64,000 bases of DNA from assembly GCA_005222965.1 (NCBI GenBank), contig NJBG01000001.1, positions 675,533 to 739,532 of the forward strand. Reading direction: 5' to 3'. Positions 19,609 through 31,145 of this stretch are shown here, one piece after another. This DNA comes from Candidatus Woesearchaeota archaeon B3_Woes. GTDB taxonomy: Archaea > Nanobdellota > Nanobdellia > Woesearchaeales > B3-WOES. A program made the translations under genes and the position numbers. Position 1 is the first letter of the stretch, and every line of letters begins with the position of its first letter. The notes under the pieces are model-generated. The model was not told the DNA's origin. It was given only the letters and a program-made list of their open reading frames with translations, and did no database searches.

Positions 19609-19670
19609 CTTTCTTATAACTCATTTACTAACGAAACCTTTTTAAACAACTTTTTAATAACAACTATTAT

Positions 19671-19768
19671 GCCTCCATAGCTTAGTAGGTAGAGCGTGCG
19701 ACTGTTAATCGCAAGGTCGGCAGAAACGATATAAAAGTCGTTGTCGAATTCAAGTCTGCCTGGAGGCG
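19671..19768 (+). tRNA. tRNA-Asn(GTT) with 25-nt intron at 53/54 (19724-19748)
   Basis: Removing aaacgatataaaagtcgttgtcgaa restores the GGCAG-TTCAAGT-CTGCC T arm; BHB-like junction. Confidence 0.92.
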
Positions 19769-19777
19769 CTTTTTATT

Positions 19778-20560
19778 TTACACATGAGAATCTATAATTT
19801 TTTTACCATCTAATATTGCAATTCTATCTTTTATATTGGTTTTAGGAGGGAGATGACCAAATTTTTTCCAGACTTCTAATTTTGTTAGTTGATTACTATT
19901 TGTAAATCCAATTTCATCCATCCATTTTTTTAGTCCTTTTTTACCATTTATTTGAAAATAATATGATTGATATGCCTTATCTCTCCTTTTTTTCATTCTT
20001 TCTCCATGATGAACTTTAAATCCCATATCCAACAAGAGTTTTATTATTGAATCATTCACTTTTTTATTTGATGTTTGATGATCTATTACAGGGTAATAAT
20101 TAAACTTTTTATGTCTATTTTTAAAAACAAGTGAAAAATCTGTATCGGCCATCCCTCTTAAAAATGCCCTTTTAATAGTCATATTAGCATTTTTAATTAT
20201 GTTAGGGACATCACAATTCTTTTTTGCACCTATTGGTAATTGGCACACACCATTTAAGAAAAAATGTATAGCTTTAGATGAAAATACAATTTGAATTGTA
20301 TTGTGACCTTTACTTAATTTAACTTCTTTATTGAACAATAATTTAACTAATTTGGTAAGATAAGTGTCATACCATTCATACTCATTAACATAGTGACCAT
20401 TGTAACACATTCTATAATCTTGTGGTTTTTTATTTAAATGACCATCTCCTAAATGAATCCCTATGAAATGGGCGAGGTGTTCATCTAATTTTTTAGGAAT
20501 TTTCACACCATTTTTAATATCATTATTATTAAATTTAACTTCAGATAAATTCAAAATCAT
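19778..20560 (-). CDS. free-standing double-motif LAGLIDADG homing-endonuclease-like protein
   Basis: AHFIGIHLGDG and AFLRGMADTD helices; no intein splice residues. Confidence 0.85.
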   Translation of the reverse strand: MILNLSEVKFNNNDIKNGVKIPKKLDEHLAHFIGIHLGDGHLNKKPQDYRMCYNGHYVNEYEWYDTYLTKLVKLLFNKEVKLSKGHNTIQIVFSSKAIHFFLNGVCQLPIGAKKNCDVPNIIKNANMTIKRAFLRGMADTDFSLVFKNRHKKFNYYPVIDHQTSNKKVNDSIIKLLLDMGFKVHHGERMKKRRDKAYQSYYFQINGKKGLKKWMDEIGFTNSNQLTKLEVWKKFGHLPPKTNIKDRIAILDGKKIIDSHV

Positions 20561-20756
20561 TTAAATCACCAAAAAATCTTTATTTTAGTTAATAATATGT
20601 AAATGATATATTATTTAAGTAGTTGACGTGTCCGTGACAAATGGCAAATGAGAATTCATAATTTGGTCATTCCAATATTTTTTATTTAAATAATTTTTAA
20701 ACTGAATTTTGGTAAATTTTATAAATGGTTCTCAAATCTTATTCTATACTTTCATT

Positions 20757-20830
20757 GACCCTGTAGCATAGTCTGGTGGTGCGTTCGACTGATAATCGAA
20801 AGGTCCGGAGTTCAAATCTCCGCAGGGTCA
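20757..20830 (+). tRNA. tRNA-Ile(GAT)
   Basis: GACCCTG/CAGGGTC acceptor, TTCGA-CTGATAA-TCGAA anticodon arm. Confidence 0.95.
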
Positions 20831-20941
20831 TTCTTAATTTCAAATTCTTAGAAAAATTATGCTCAAAAAATTCATCATAACCACTTCTAGAACTTCTAAA
20901 TAAACCACTATCTATTTAAAGATATTAAATATTTTAATTTA

Positions 20942-22492
20942 ATGAATCAAAAAATAAAAACACCAACAAGCGATTCTACAATTAATCTAGTTCTAGATAC
21001 TCTCGAAAAAAACAAACAAACAATTATTTTTGCTAATACAAAAAGAAGTGCTGAAAAAACAGCAGAAGATATAGCAAATAAAATAAAAAAACAAGATATA
21101 GTATTAAATGAACTATCAGAAGATTTTCTTCATTCACTTTCGAGCCCAACAAAACAATGCGAAAGACTAGCCAAATGTATAAAAAAAGGCGTTGCATTTC
21201 ATCACGCTGGATTAGTTCATAAACAAAAAGAACTTATTGAAGATAATTTTAGAAAAGGAAAAATAAAAATAATTTGCGCAACACCCACTCTAGCATATGG
21301 TTTAGACTTGCCAGCTTTTAGAGTAATCTTAAAAGATTTAAGAAGATATGGCCACAGAGGATTACAATTTATTCCTGTTCTAGAATACCTGCAAATGGCA
21401 GGCAGAGCTGGCCGTCCAAAATTTGATAATCAAGGTGAAGCAATAATAGTCTGTAATTCAGAAGAGCACAAAAAAACAGTAACAGAAAGATACATCAATG
21501 GCTCTCCAGAATCAATTGAATCAAAATTAGCAGTTGAACCAGTACTAAGAACATATCTATTAAGCTTAATAGCAACTAATTTTGTAAACACAAAACAGGA
21601 GATTTTCTCTTTTTTTGAAAAAACTTTTTGGGCACATCAATTTGAAGATATGGAAAAATTAAATTTTATAATTGAAAAAATACTTAACATGTTAATAGAC
21701 TGGAACTTCATAACTACTGAAAATAAAGAAGATTTTCAATCTGCAGATGATTTAGAAACAAACAAATACAAACCAACACTAATTGGCAAAAGAGTAGCTG
21801 AACTCTATGTTGATCCACTAACAGCTCATGAAATAATTAAAGCCCTAGATAAAAAAAATACACAACTTAACTCTTTCTCATTCCTCCATCTAGTATCAGG
21901 AACATTAGAAATGAGACCTTTACTAAGAGTTAGGGTAAAAGAATACGACGATATCCAATCAGAATTACTAAAATTCTCAGATAACCTGCTCAAATCAGAA
22001 CCAAACATATATGATTTTGAATATGATGATCATCTAAACAGCGTTAAAACAGCCCTAATGCTGGAAGAATGGATTAATGAAAAATACGAAGAATATCTAT
22101 TAGAAAAATATGCGATAAGACCAGGCGAATTAAGAGTCAAAATACAAATAGCAGACTGGCTTTTATACACAACAGAAGAACTCTCAAGAATACTAAAACT
22201 GCAGCCAATAATAAAAGAAATCAAAAAACTAAGATTTAGATTAAAACACGGAGCAAAAGAAGAACTTATACCATTGTTAAAACTAAAAAACATAGGAAGA
22301 GTCAGAGCTAGAAAGATGTTTAACAACAGAATAAAAAATATTGCAGATGTAAAAAAAGTAGATTTAACCAAATTAGCACAACTAATTGGAAAAACAACAG
22401 CTTTTAAAATTAAAAAAGAAGTTGGGGAAGAAGTACCAGAAGAAATAAAACCAACAAAAAGAAAAGGCCAATTAAGCCTAAATAAATTCTAA
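20942..22492 (+). CDS. Hel308/Ski2-like helicase, C-terminal portion only (RecA2, WH, ratchet, HhH)
   Basis: [43 protein letters not shown]; no Walker A or DExH. Confidence 0.85.
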   Translation: MNQKIKTPTSDSTINLVLDTLEKNKQTIIFANTKRSAEKTAEDIANKIKKQDIVLNELSEDFLHSLSSPTKQCERLAKCIKKGVAFHHAGLVHKQKELIEDNFRKGKIKIICATPTLAYGLDLPAFRVILKDLRRYGHRGLQFIPVLEYLQMAGRAGRPKFDNQGEAIIVCNSEEHKKTVTERYINGSPESIESKLAVEPVLRTYLLSLIATNFVNTKQEIFSFFEKTFWAHQFEDMEKLNFIIEKILNMLIDWNFITTENKEDFQSADDLETNKYKPTLIGKRVAELYVDPLTAHEIIKALDKKNTQLNSFSFLHLVSGTLEMRPLLRVRVKEYDDIQSELLKFSDNLLKSEPNIYDFEYDDHLNSVKTALMLEEWINEKYEEYLLEKYAIRPGELRVKIQIADWLLYTTEELSRILKLQPIIKEIKKLRFRLKHGAKEELIPLLKLKNIGRVRARKMFNNRIKNIADVKKVDLTKLAQLIGKTTAFKIKKEVGEEVPEEIKPTKRKGQLSLNKF

Positions 22493-24351
22493 CCCTTATT
22501 AATTTTCTTTAAAATTCTTTCCTTACCATTCCAAACTAAAGCATGCTTAAGAACTTCCTCAACTTTTTCCACAGGTATTATCTTTATCTTCTTTAATTTA
22601 TCAGGATCAATTATTATATCTCTTAAATTGCTCTTAGGCACAATAACATTCTTTATTCCAGCTTCTAAAGCAGCTTCAACCTTAGCACTCACTCCTCCAA
22701 TAGGCAGCACATCTCCCCTAACAGATAATGAACCAGTTAACGCAGTGTCTTGTTTTATAGGTATCTTCTTCAAAGCAGAAATAATAGATATTGCTATGGC
22801 AATACTTGCTGAATCTCCTTCAACACCTTCATATGTTTGTAAAAACTGAACATAAATATCATACTTTTCTTTTATATCTTCACCAAAATATTTCTTAATA
22901 ATAGCAGAAACATTTTTTACAGCCTCTTTTGCTATTTCACCCAACTTTCCTGTTGCAATAATCTCTTTTTCTTTTCCTCCAGGTGTTACCTGAGATTCTA
23001 TTGGCAGTATGATTCCAGAATAAGTATCTTCACCCCCCATAACAGCTAATCCATTAACCCTTCCAACCCTCTTACCTTCTGTAACAATAACTTCATACTC
23101 TTTTTTCCTTTCAATATATTTATCAGCAATCTGCTTTTCTAAACTCCTTGAAAGCTTTTTAGCATCTTCTATGTGATTTTTCTGAACAAGCTTTTTATTA
23201 TCTTTAACAGCAACATCACCAGCAGCCCTAACAAGCCCACCTAATTCTCTTAACCTTAATGTTAAATGGCCTTTTCTATTAGCCATCTTTTGAGCTTCTC
23301 TAATTATCTCTTCAACAGCATCTTTACTAAAATGAGGTATTTTTTTATCCTTTTGAACCTCTTGTGCAACAAATACTCGTAATTTCTTTCTATTCTTTTC
23401 ATTATCAGGCATAGTGCTTTCCATATAAACTTCATAACCATATCCCCTTATTCTAGATCTTAAAGCAGGATGCATATGCTTTAGTGTTTCATAATTTCCT
23501 GCAGCAATTAAAATAAATCCACATGGAACAGGTTCTGTTCTGACCATTGCTCCAGCAGATCTCTCAGATTGACCTGTTATAGAAAATTTACCTTCTTGTA
23601 AAGCAGATAACATCTCTTGTTGTGTTGCTGTTTGCAATGTCGCAATCTCATCTATAAATAATACACCCATATGCGCTTTATGGATCATACCAGCTACAAC
23701 TCTTTCGTGTGCAGGAGTACCCAATCCTCCTGATTGGAATGGATCATGAAGTACATCTCCTAGTAAAGCACCAGCATGAGCACCAGTAGCATCAAAAAAA
23801 GGAGATTGTTTTTTATCAAAATTATCAACTATTACTTTAGGAGAGTGTGACTTTCCTTCAGGCATTCTTTTGCTTAAATTAAGATACAAAACAAATATAC
23901 CCAAAAACATCATACCCCCAATAAAAAAAGCAGCAAACATTACATCTGAATTATACTCTTTTCTAACCCACCAAGGAGTTATCATAGATAATACAACCAA
24001 TATAAACAACAAAACAGTTTGATTTTTAACAGAACCAAAATTCTGCATCTTTGATTTACTAACTGTCTCACGCCCTTTACCAGCAGGCAAAGTTCTTATC
24101 AAAGGAGTATTTTCATCATTGGGATTTGGAAACGCAACAATATCAACCAACTTTTCTTTAGGCAATAATTCAGCTAAACCAATTCCTAACATAGATTTAC
24201 CAGTACCTGGCTCACCTATCAAAAGAACATGCCTACGTTGTGCTGCAGCTTTTCTAATTATATTCACAGCACTATCCTGCCCAATAACCTGATCAATAAT
24301 CTTTTTAGGAGTCTTTATCTCAGCTGTTGATTTAAACTTAAATTTAGCCAT
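22489..24351 (-). CDS. lonB: archaeal ATP-dependent protease LonB
   Basis: GEPGTGKS, two TM insert, [19 protein letters not shown]. Confidence 0.96.
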   Translation of the reverse strand: MAKFKFKSTAEIKTPKKIIDQVIGQDSAVNIIRKAAAQRRHVLLIGEPGTGKSMLGIGLAELLPKEKLVDIVAFPNPNDENTPLIRTLPAGKGRETVSKSKMQNFGSVKNQTVLLFILVVLSMITPWWVRKEYNSDVMFAAFFIGGMMFLGIFVLYLNLSKRMPEGKSHSPKVIVDNFDKKQSPFFDATGAHAGALLGDVLHDPFQSGGLGTPAHERVVAGMIHKAHMGVLFIDEIATLQTATQQEMLSALQEGKFSITGQSERSAGAMVRTEPVPCGFILIAAGNYETLKHMHPALRSRIRGYGYEVYMESTMPDNEKNRKKLRVFVAQEVQKDKKIPHFSKDAVEEIIREAQKMANRKGHLTLRLRELGGLVRAAGDVAVKDNKKLVQKNHIEDAKKLSRSLEKQIADKYIERKKEYEVIVTEGKRVGRVNGLAVMGGEDTYSGIILPIESQVTPGGKEKEIIATGKLGEIAKEAVKNVSAIIKKYFGEDIKEKYDIYVQFLQTYEGVEGDSASIAIAISIISALKKIPIKQDTALTGSLSVRGDVLPIGGVSAKVEAALEAGIKNVIVPKSNLRDIIIDPDKLKKIKIIPVEKVEEVLKHALVWNGKERILKKINKG

Positions 24352-24403
24352 CTTGTTATATAAACTATAAATGTTTAAAAAGCTTTGTGTTAATCATAAG
24401 GTT

Positions 24404-24745
24404 ATGAAAGAAAAAACACTACTTAAAATAGCATTAATAGTATCTCTAATCGGAATATTAATCTTATTATTTATTTCAAGCAAATTAGAAGTTAATGAAA
24501 AAACTATTTCTAATATAGATGAAACAGATATTGGTTCAAGTCTAAAAATAGATGGAGTTATTACAAATATAAGAAAAACCAATACAATCACACTAATTGA
24601 TATTGCTCAACTTGAAGAAATGAAAGTTGTTGTATTTAACAAAGAAATAGAGTTAAATAAAGGAGATTACGTAGAAATCACAGGAAAAATAGAAGAATAT
24701 AAAGGTTCAACAGAACTAATTGCTGATAAAATTATTCTAAAATAA
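24404..24745 (+). CDS. membrane-anchored OB-fold protein
   Basis: N-terminal TM; KGDYVEITGKIEEYKG..ELIADKI. Confidence 0.75.
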   Translation: MKEKTLLKIALIVSLIGILILLFISSKLEVNEKTISNIDETDIGSSLKIDGVITNIRKTNTITLIDIAQLEEMKVVVFNKEIELNKGDYVEITGKIEEYKGSTELIADKIILK

Positions 24746-24794
24746 AAAGTTTTAAATACACTCTAATCCTAAATAAATAAAAAAGAGGTGTATA

Positions 24795-25187
24795 GTGTTA
24801 CTTCATAGAGAGCCAGTTCCAAAAACAAAACTTACATTTGGTCAGAGATTATCAGATAAAATATCAAAAGTTGGTGGAAGTTGGGGATTTCTAATATTCT
24901 TATCAGCTTTTCTAGCCACTTGGATGATGTTAAATGTAGCTGGTTTTTTTATATGGCATTGGGATCCCTACCCATTTATCCTTCTTAATTTATGTTTATC
25001 GTGTTTAGCAACCTATCAAGCACCAATCATCTTGATGGCCCAAAACAGATCTGCTGAAAGAGATCGTCATCAAGCTGAAAGGGACTATGCTGTAAACAGA
25101 AAAGCAGAAAGGGAAGTAGAAAAGATGCAAAAAGATCTAGATGAGATAAAACAACTAGTAAAACATCAACAAAGAAAATCAAAATAA
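24795..25187 (+). CDS. DUF1003-family membrane protein
   Basis: GGSWGF, DPYPFILLNL, QAPIILMAQNR. Confidence 0.9.
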   Translation: MLLHREPVPKTKLTFGQRLSDKISKVGGSWGFLIFLSAFLATWMMLNVAGFFIWHWDPYPFILLNLCLSCLATYQAPIILMAQNRSAERDRHQAERDYAVNRKAEREVEKMQKDLDEIKQLVKHQQRKSK

Positions 25188-26402
25188 ATGTTCATATACA
25201 TCATCTTAGCAACAATTCTAGGAATTCTATGTGGTGTATTCACAGGCCTAATACCTGGTATTCATGTTAACCTAATAAGCCTTTTACTATTAAGCATGTC
25301 TGCTTATTTTCTTCAAATAACCAACCCATTAGTTATATCTGTATTTATAATTGCAATGGCAGTAACACATACTTTTCTAGACTCAATTCCTTCAGTATTT
25401 CTAGGAGCACCAGATGCAGACATGGCCCTAAGCGTTTTGCCAGGACATAAACTTTTACTAGAAGGAAAAGGCTATGAAGCTGTTAGACTAACTGTTATTG
25501 GTTCTTTGTTATCTTTGATAATTGTTTTATCCATTATCCCTTTTATGATACCAATAATTCCAATCATTTATGAATTTATTCAACCACATATGGGTTATAT
25601 CTTAATTTTTGTTGTCTTCTATATGACGATAATCAAAGAAAACACAATAAATCACAAATTATGGGCATTAGTATTATTTTTATTATCAGGAATTTTGGGT
25701 TTAATAACTTTAAACATGCCTAATTTAAAACAACCCTTATTTCCTTTATTATCAGGATTATTTGGAACAAGCGCATTGCTTCTTTCCCTAAATCAAAAAG
25801 TTAAAATTCCAAAACAAAGTGTATCAGAAACAATAGATGTTTCTAAAAAAAATAAGATAAAAGCAATTTCAGCAGCTGTTTTTTCAGGAAGCTTAACAGG
25901 ATTATTTCCTGGATTAGGATCTGCACAAGCAGCCATAATTGGAATGCAATTAGTTGGCGAAATAGGAAATTATGCTTTTATGATTTTAATAGGAGGTATT
26001 AACACAGTAAACTTTGTTTTTAGCCTAGTAACTTTGTACACTCTACAAAAAGCAAGAAACGGAGCAGTTGTAGCTGTTTTAGAAATTATAGAATCAATTG
26101 ATATATTCCAACTAATAACATTATTAGCTGTTGCATTAATTTCAGGAGCAATTGCTGCTTTTTTGGCATTAAAAATATCCAAAGTTTTTGCAAAATATAT
26201 TGTAAAAGTAAATTACAAAATCCTTTGTATATCTATAATTCTTTTTATTGCAATGATATCTTTTATATTTGGACAATTTATAGGATTATTAATTCTAATT
26301 GTATCAACTGCAGTTGGATTAATAGCGCCGTTAATCGGAATTAAAAGAAGCAACGCAATGGGTTGTTTACTTTTACCTGTAATACTATATTTTATTCTTT
26401 AA
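25188..26402 (+). CDS. TctA-like (tripartite tricarboxylate transporter) membrane protein
   Basis: GLIPGIHVN, FLGAPD, LPGH..GKGYEAV. Confidence 0.85.
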   Translation: MFIYIILATILGILCGVFTGLIPGIHVNLISLLLLSMSAYFLQITNPLVISVFIIAMAVTHTFLDSIPSVFLGAPDADMALSVLPGHKLLLEGKGYEAVRLTVIGSLLSLIIVLSIIPFMIPIIPIIYEFIQPHMGYILIFVVFYMTIIKENTINHKLWALVLFLLSGILGLITLNMPNLKQPLFPLLSGLFGTSALLLSLNQKVKIPKQSVSETIDVSKKNKIKAISAAVFSGSLTGLFPGLGSAQAAIIGMQLVGEIGNYAFMILIGGINTVNFVFSLVTLYTLQKARNGAVVAVLEIIESIDIFQLITLLAVALISGAIAAFLALKISKVFAKYIVKVNYKILCISIILFIAMISFIFGQFIGLLILIVSTAVGLIAPLIGIKRSNAMGCLLLPVILYFIL

Positions 26403-26529
26403 TATCTTTAATAATAACCTTTTATAAGTAGTAACAAAACCAAAAGATTTAAATACCACCAAATAACTATATTTTAAGATAATTTAAACATATATCAAAT
26501 ATATAATCAATAAAATAAGAGTGTAAAAA

Positions 26530-27342
26530 ATGACTCAATCAGATAAACCAAAAAAAAACTTAGAAGATCTAGCTGAATTAAAACACAGAATTGCGCAAAC
26601 ACCTGAATGGGAAAAAGTACGTAAGGCTCAAGCACATACCACAAGGTTAAAACAATTATTTGAAAGGAGATTATTTTCAAAAAATGGTTCTAAATTTAGG
26701 AAATTTGATTGGTTACAAGATACCTATGATAGAAACATTATCACTCATTTAGATAATGCCGTAACTAATTATAATCAAGCACTGGTTAATCATAGAGCTG
26801 AGCATGGTGTATCACCAATTCCAATCTATCAATTACATGGAGTTCAGGATGAGAAGAATCTTGGATGCCGCATTGAGCACCAATATAATGATGAGAGAGG
26901 TCGTTCTACATTAGCTTGTGTACCACCAAAAGACTTACCTACAACAAGACCAGAAAATAGAAGAAGTATATTCACTAATGAAAGAACTATTGTGGAGGAA
27001 AAAAGGGGTGTTATATCTTTATGTGGGTTTTGTGATACCCCTATACACTATGATTGGAAAGATAGAGAATCTAGTAAACACTTTAGTTATACTTCACCTT
27101 CTTTTAAGGGAATTGGTTCTTATATATTTGTTTGTGGAGAAGAATTATGTACTGATATAGCAATTGTAAATTATATTGAAAGCATTAGTTTTTTTAATGA
27201 AATTAAGGATATATTCAAAAAAGTAATACAAGGAGACCAAACAGATGTCCAATTCAATTATAACACACATCAAGCTTATGAAAGATTATTAGCAAATTGT
27301 ACTGGTGGTAGAAGACTTGATACCAATTCATTAAGTGAATAG
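26530..27342 (+). CDS. hypothetical protein with possible Zn site
   Basis: 270-aa ORF; CGFC and CGEELC. Confidence 0.55.
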   Translation: MTQSDKPKKNLEDLAELKHRIAQTPEWEKVRKAQAHTTRLKQLFERRLFSKNGSKFRKFDWLQDTYDRNIITHLDNAVTNYNQALVNHRAEHGVSPIPIYQLHGVQDEKNLGCRIEHQYNDERGRSTLACVPPKDLPTTRPENRRSIFTNERTIVEEKRGVISLCGFCDTPIHYDWKDRESSKHFSYTSPSFKGIGSYIFVCGEELCTDIAIVNYIESISFFNEIKDIFKKVIQGDQTDVQFNYNTHQAYERLLANCTGGRRLDTNSLSE

Positions 27343-27366
27343 TTTTATAAACAAATAATTCTATTT

Positions 27367-28743
27367 TTATAAAACAATCTTCTCGCCCATACTAGGAATA
27401 TGGGTTTTCATTCCCATCTTCTGAACTTTTTTAGAAAAAGAAATAGTACTTTCCTCATCACCATGAACAACAAAAACCTTTTTTGGTTTAGGTGAAAAAT
27501 GGTTTAGCCAATTAAGTAAGCCATTATAATCAGCATGTCCTGAAAAACTATCAATAGATTCAATTTTTGATTTTACCATTAATTCTGTTCCTAACAATCT
27601 TACACTCTTTTCCCCTTTTTTAATCCAATAACCCAAAGTTCCTTCTACTTGATAACCAACAAACAATAATGTGCTTTTAGAATCCTCAATATTATTTTTT
27701 ATATGATGTTTTATTCTGCCTCCTGTACACATACCAGAACCAGCAATAATTATACATGTTTTTTTAATAGTATTAATCTTTTTTGAATCATCTACTGTTT
27801 TTGAATAAACCAAACCAGGAAAAGTAAATGGATTGTCTCCACTTTTTAAAAGAGCCTTTAACTCCTCATCATAACACTCAGGGTGTTTTTTAAAAACTTC
27901 TGTTGTCTTTATTGCCATAGGAGAATCTATAAAAACATTCATAGGAGGCATAAGTTTCTTTTCAACAAACTCATTTAGATTATACAATAATTCCTGGGCT
28001 CTCTCAATTGCAAAAGAAGGTATCATAAGTTTGCCTCCTCTTTGATGAGTATCTCTAATAACTTCTAAAAATTTATTTTTTCTCTCTTTAATAGGAGAGT
28101 GAAGTCTGTCTCCATATGTTGACTCAATAAATAAATAATCTGCTTTTTTAATAACTTCAGGATTTCTAACAATAGGACTATCAATATGCCCTAAATCTCC
28201 TGAAAACACAATAGTTTTTTCTTCTGCTTCTAATTGAATAAAAGACGCACCAAGTATATGACCAGCATCATAAAATTTTGCAGTTACACTCTCATTAATC
28301 TTAATAGGTTTATCATATTCTACTAATTTAAACAAAGTCATAGCTTTTTTTACATCTTGCTCAGTATAGATTGGTTCTCTAGGTGGTAATCCATCTCTTG
28401 CTCTTCTTCTGTTTTCATGTTCAGTATCATGCAAGGCAATATTAGCAGAATCCATCATCACAATAAAAGCTAAATCTTTTGTAGCAGGAGTTGAATAAAT
28501 TTTACCCTTAAACCCATGTTTGACTAGTTTAGGAATCCTGCCACAATGGTCTAAATGAGCATGAGTTAAAAGCAAAGCCCCGTATTCTTTTGGGATAAAA
28601 CCAAAATCATCATAATTTAGTTTTGTCATTTTCTTAGGACCTTGAAACATTCCACAATCAATAAGAATTTTATCTTTCTTTGTAATTAAACTATAACAAG
28701 AACCAGTAACTGTTTTAGCTGCTCCAAAAAGTCTTATTTCCAT
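27367..28743 (-). CDS. MBL-fold beta-CASP ribonuclease
   Basis: THAHLDHCG, AGHILG, ESTYG, SGHAD, VHG. Confidence 0.93.
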   Translation of the reverse strand: MEIRLFGAAKTVTGSCYSLITKKDKILIDCGMFQGPKKMTKLNYDDFGFIPKEYGALLLTHAHLDHCGRIPKLVKHGFKGKIYSTPATKDLAFIVMMDSANIALHDTEHENRRRARDGLPPREPIYTEQDVKKAMTLFKLVEYDKPIKINESVTAKFYDAGHILGASFIQLEAEEKTIVFSGDLGHIDSPIVRNPEVIKKADYLFIESTYGDRLHSPIKERKNKFLEVIRDTHQRGGKLMIPSFAIERAQELLYNLNEFVEKKLMPPMNVFIDSPMAIKTTEVFKKHPECYDEELKALLKSGDNPFTFPGLVYSKTVDDSKKINTIKKTCIIIAGSGMCTGGRIKHHIKNNIEDSKSTLLFVGYQVEGTLGYWIKKGEKSVRLLGTELMVKSKIESIDSFSGHADYNGLLNWLNHFSPKPKKVFVVHGDEESTISFSKKVQKMGMKTHIPSMGEKIVL

Positions 28744-28778
28744 AATCCTCTATAATAAATAATATTATATATATCTTT

Positions 28779-29771
28779 CTACTTATCTTCTATTAAAAAT
28801 CTTGGAAAGAAATTCTTTTTATACGCTTGATAAAGAGGAATACCTTCTATTTGTTGTATTAATAATGCAAATTCCTGTCTTATCTTCATCTCTATCTTTC
28901 TTAATTCTCTCTCATTATTTGCCTCTATTTCTATCTCTAAATCCCACTCTCCTAAGGTTTTGACAACTCCAACTACATGAGGATGTATTTTTAGATAATC
29001 AATTAACTCATCCTCTAATTCAGAAGATATATTATGGTATTTTATTGTTAATAGAGTTGAATAATAACCAACATCCCTTAAATTCAACAGAGGCTTAAAC
29101 TTTCTTATAATTTTTCTTTGTTGTAAATTTCTTATCCTGTTTATTATTGTTTTAGGTGTAAGATCAAGTTTTCTTCCAATATCAACAGAGTTCTTTCGTG
29201 CATCTTCAGCCAATTCATTAAGGAGTTGCATATCAACATCATCTACTATTTCTGGTTTTCTATCTCCTCCCACAATTACCTGAGAAATCATCGCTGGATT
29301 TTTGAAAAAATATTTTCTCCCAAAATTTCTTATAACAATAGTTGTTAATACTGTATAATTTTGAATCTGTTCTGGAAATTTTTGCATTATCATTCTTAAA
29401 GTTTTATTGAATTGAGATGGATTTTGAGCCAAAAAAGTGCATATCAGATCATACTTTCCACCACATGAATTTATCCAAGAAGTATGTGGTTCTTTTACTA
29501 AGTAATCAATCAATTCTTCTAGTTTTTTTTCGTTTAAATAACTTACCTTAAAATAAACTCTAAAGTGTAAAATATCCAGCTTTGAATAGTCTATTAGAGT
29601 GTAGAAATTTTGTATAATTCCCCTTTCTTTTAATGAATTTACCGTGTAGCTTATCTGTTGCTGGCTTTTTTTAATGTTTTTTCCAAACCTTGAAAAAGGC
29701 ATTCTAGAGTTTAACTCTAATCTGCTTAAAATAAGCCTTTCAACATTCTTTATTATACTTCTATTGGCCAT
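28779..29771 (-). CDS. duplicated Lrp/AsnC-family regulator
   Basis: Two HTH+RAM modules (GKYDL, GEWDLE); probable start MANRSII. Confidence 0.85.
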   Translation of the reverse strand: MANRSIIKNVERLILSRLELNSRMPFSRFGKNIKKSQQQISYTVNSLKERGIIQNFYTLIDYSKLDILHFRVYFKVSYLNEKKLEELIDYLVKEPHTSWINSCGGKYDLICTFLAQNPSQFNKTLRMIMQKFPEQIQNYTVLTTIVIRNFGRKYFFKNPAMISQVIVGGDRKPEIVDDVDMQLLNELAEDARKNSVDIGRKLDLTPKTIINRIRNLQQRKIIRKFKPLLNLRDVGYYSTLLTIKYHNISSELEDELIDYLKIHPHVVGVVKTLGEWDLEIEIEANNERELRKIEMKIRQEFALLIQQIEGIPLYQAYKKNFFPRFLIEDK

Positions 29772-29924
29772 TATTTTGTTATATTGTATACATCTTATAT
29801 AAAATTTACGTTTTAACAAAAAAATAACCAGATAAGGTTATATATTTACTACTACTATAGAATTAAGTAGTATAGATACTAAAAATTCACAAAATATTTT
29901 TATTTTCTATAATGAATTTTAAAA

Positions 29925-31145
29925 ATGTCAGAAAAAAATATCGCAATAGTAGTTAATTCAGGAAGAAAATTTGTTAACGATCTAGTTTCAATGCTAACAG
30001 AAGACTTAGAAAGGTTTGATCATTTTGATAATTATGAAATTCATCTTATTATTTCATATGATCCTACATTCTACAACCTTAAACCTACTGATTTTAGGAT
30101 TGAGCAGGAAACAAGTTCAAAATTTGACTCAGTTACATATCTAGGTCCAGAAAGCTATCTTGATTTTTCCTGGGTTAAAACACTTCCAGATGTTACAGAT
30201 GAAGCATTTAGTATTTTATTTGAACCAAGAGGATATTGTTCACAAAAAAATAGAGCAATATTAGATGCTTTATTAAAAGGCGTTGAACATATTTTATTTC
30301 TTGATGATGATGAGTATTTTGTTGCTCCATTTCAAAATGGAGGCATGCTAGACTGGGTTGAACAGGATGTTTTTGGTGCTCATCTTCAACATAACTCTGA
30401 TGCAGATATTACTAATGGTGCACATACAGGATACTTTTCACCAATACCATCAGATATTGAGTATAGTCTTGAGGAAGAAGTAAGAAGAACACTTGGCGAA
30501 ATCTTCTCAATTGGAAATGAAGTTATAGACAGAGAAACATTTATCAACATTAGGAAAAGTATAATATATGGTGACGATGTTTTTCTTAGAAATGGTCATC
30601 ATGAAATACCAGAAAAAAAAGGAGTTCGTACTTTAAGTGGAGGAAATATAACTCTCAATGCTTCATCAATTCGTAGTGGAAAAATTCCACCATATTATAA
30701 TCCTTATGGCGCAAGAGGAGAAGATGCAATCCTTGGGATGCAAATACCAGATCTATCTATTTTGAAAATACCTGTGTATACATTTCATGATCCTTTTCAA
30801 AAATATTGGCAAATAACTCAAAGACAGTATCCTGAAGAAATTGAACCCATTGAAGTAATTCCTGGAACAATTGATCGGTTCTGTAAAGCATGTATTGGCT
30901 GGATTAAATATGCTCCTTTTTTGATTCAATTAACATCACAAGATGAACAGGAGTACAGAGAACGTATTGCAGCAATGGAACAACCATTAAAAGAAATTGG
31001 TTCAGAAATAAATAGACAACTTAACTGGAAAGAATTCGACCAGATGGCACCAATACTTTTAGCATATGACTCAAGATCAAGACAAGATATTCAGGATCTT
31101 AAAATAGCTAAAGGTGCGTGGGCTGAAATTGTTCAACATTGTTAA
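29925..31145 (+). CDS. GT-A-fold glycosyltransferase-like protein
   Basis: RGYCSQKN, ILFLDDDE, SGGN, RGED motifs. Confidence 0.6.
   Translation: MSEKNIAIVVNSGRKFVNDLVSMLTEDLERFDHFDNYEIHLIISYDPTFYNLKPTDFRIEQETSSKFDSVTYLGPESYLDFSWVKTLPDVTDEAFSILFEPRGYCSQKNRAILDALLKGVEHILFLDDDEYFVAPFQNGGMLDWVEQDVFGAHLQHNSDADITNGAHTGYFSPIPSDIEYSLEEEVRRTLGEIFSIGNEVIDRETFINIRKSIIYGDDVFLRNGHHEIPEKKGVRTLSGGNITLNASSIRSGKIPPYYNPYGARGEDAILGMQIPDLSILKIPVYTFHDPFQKYWQITQRQYPEEIEPIEVIPGTIDRFCKACIGWIKYAPFLIQLTSQDEQEYRERIAAMEQPLKEIGSEINRQLNWKEFDQMAPILLAYDSRSRQDIQDLKIAKGAWAEIVQHC

Noticed and set aside
19778..20560. Intein or intron-encoded endonuclease
   Set aside because: No host gene or splice residues; lies outside and antisense to the tRNA intron
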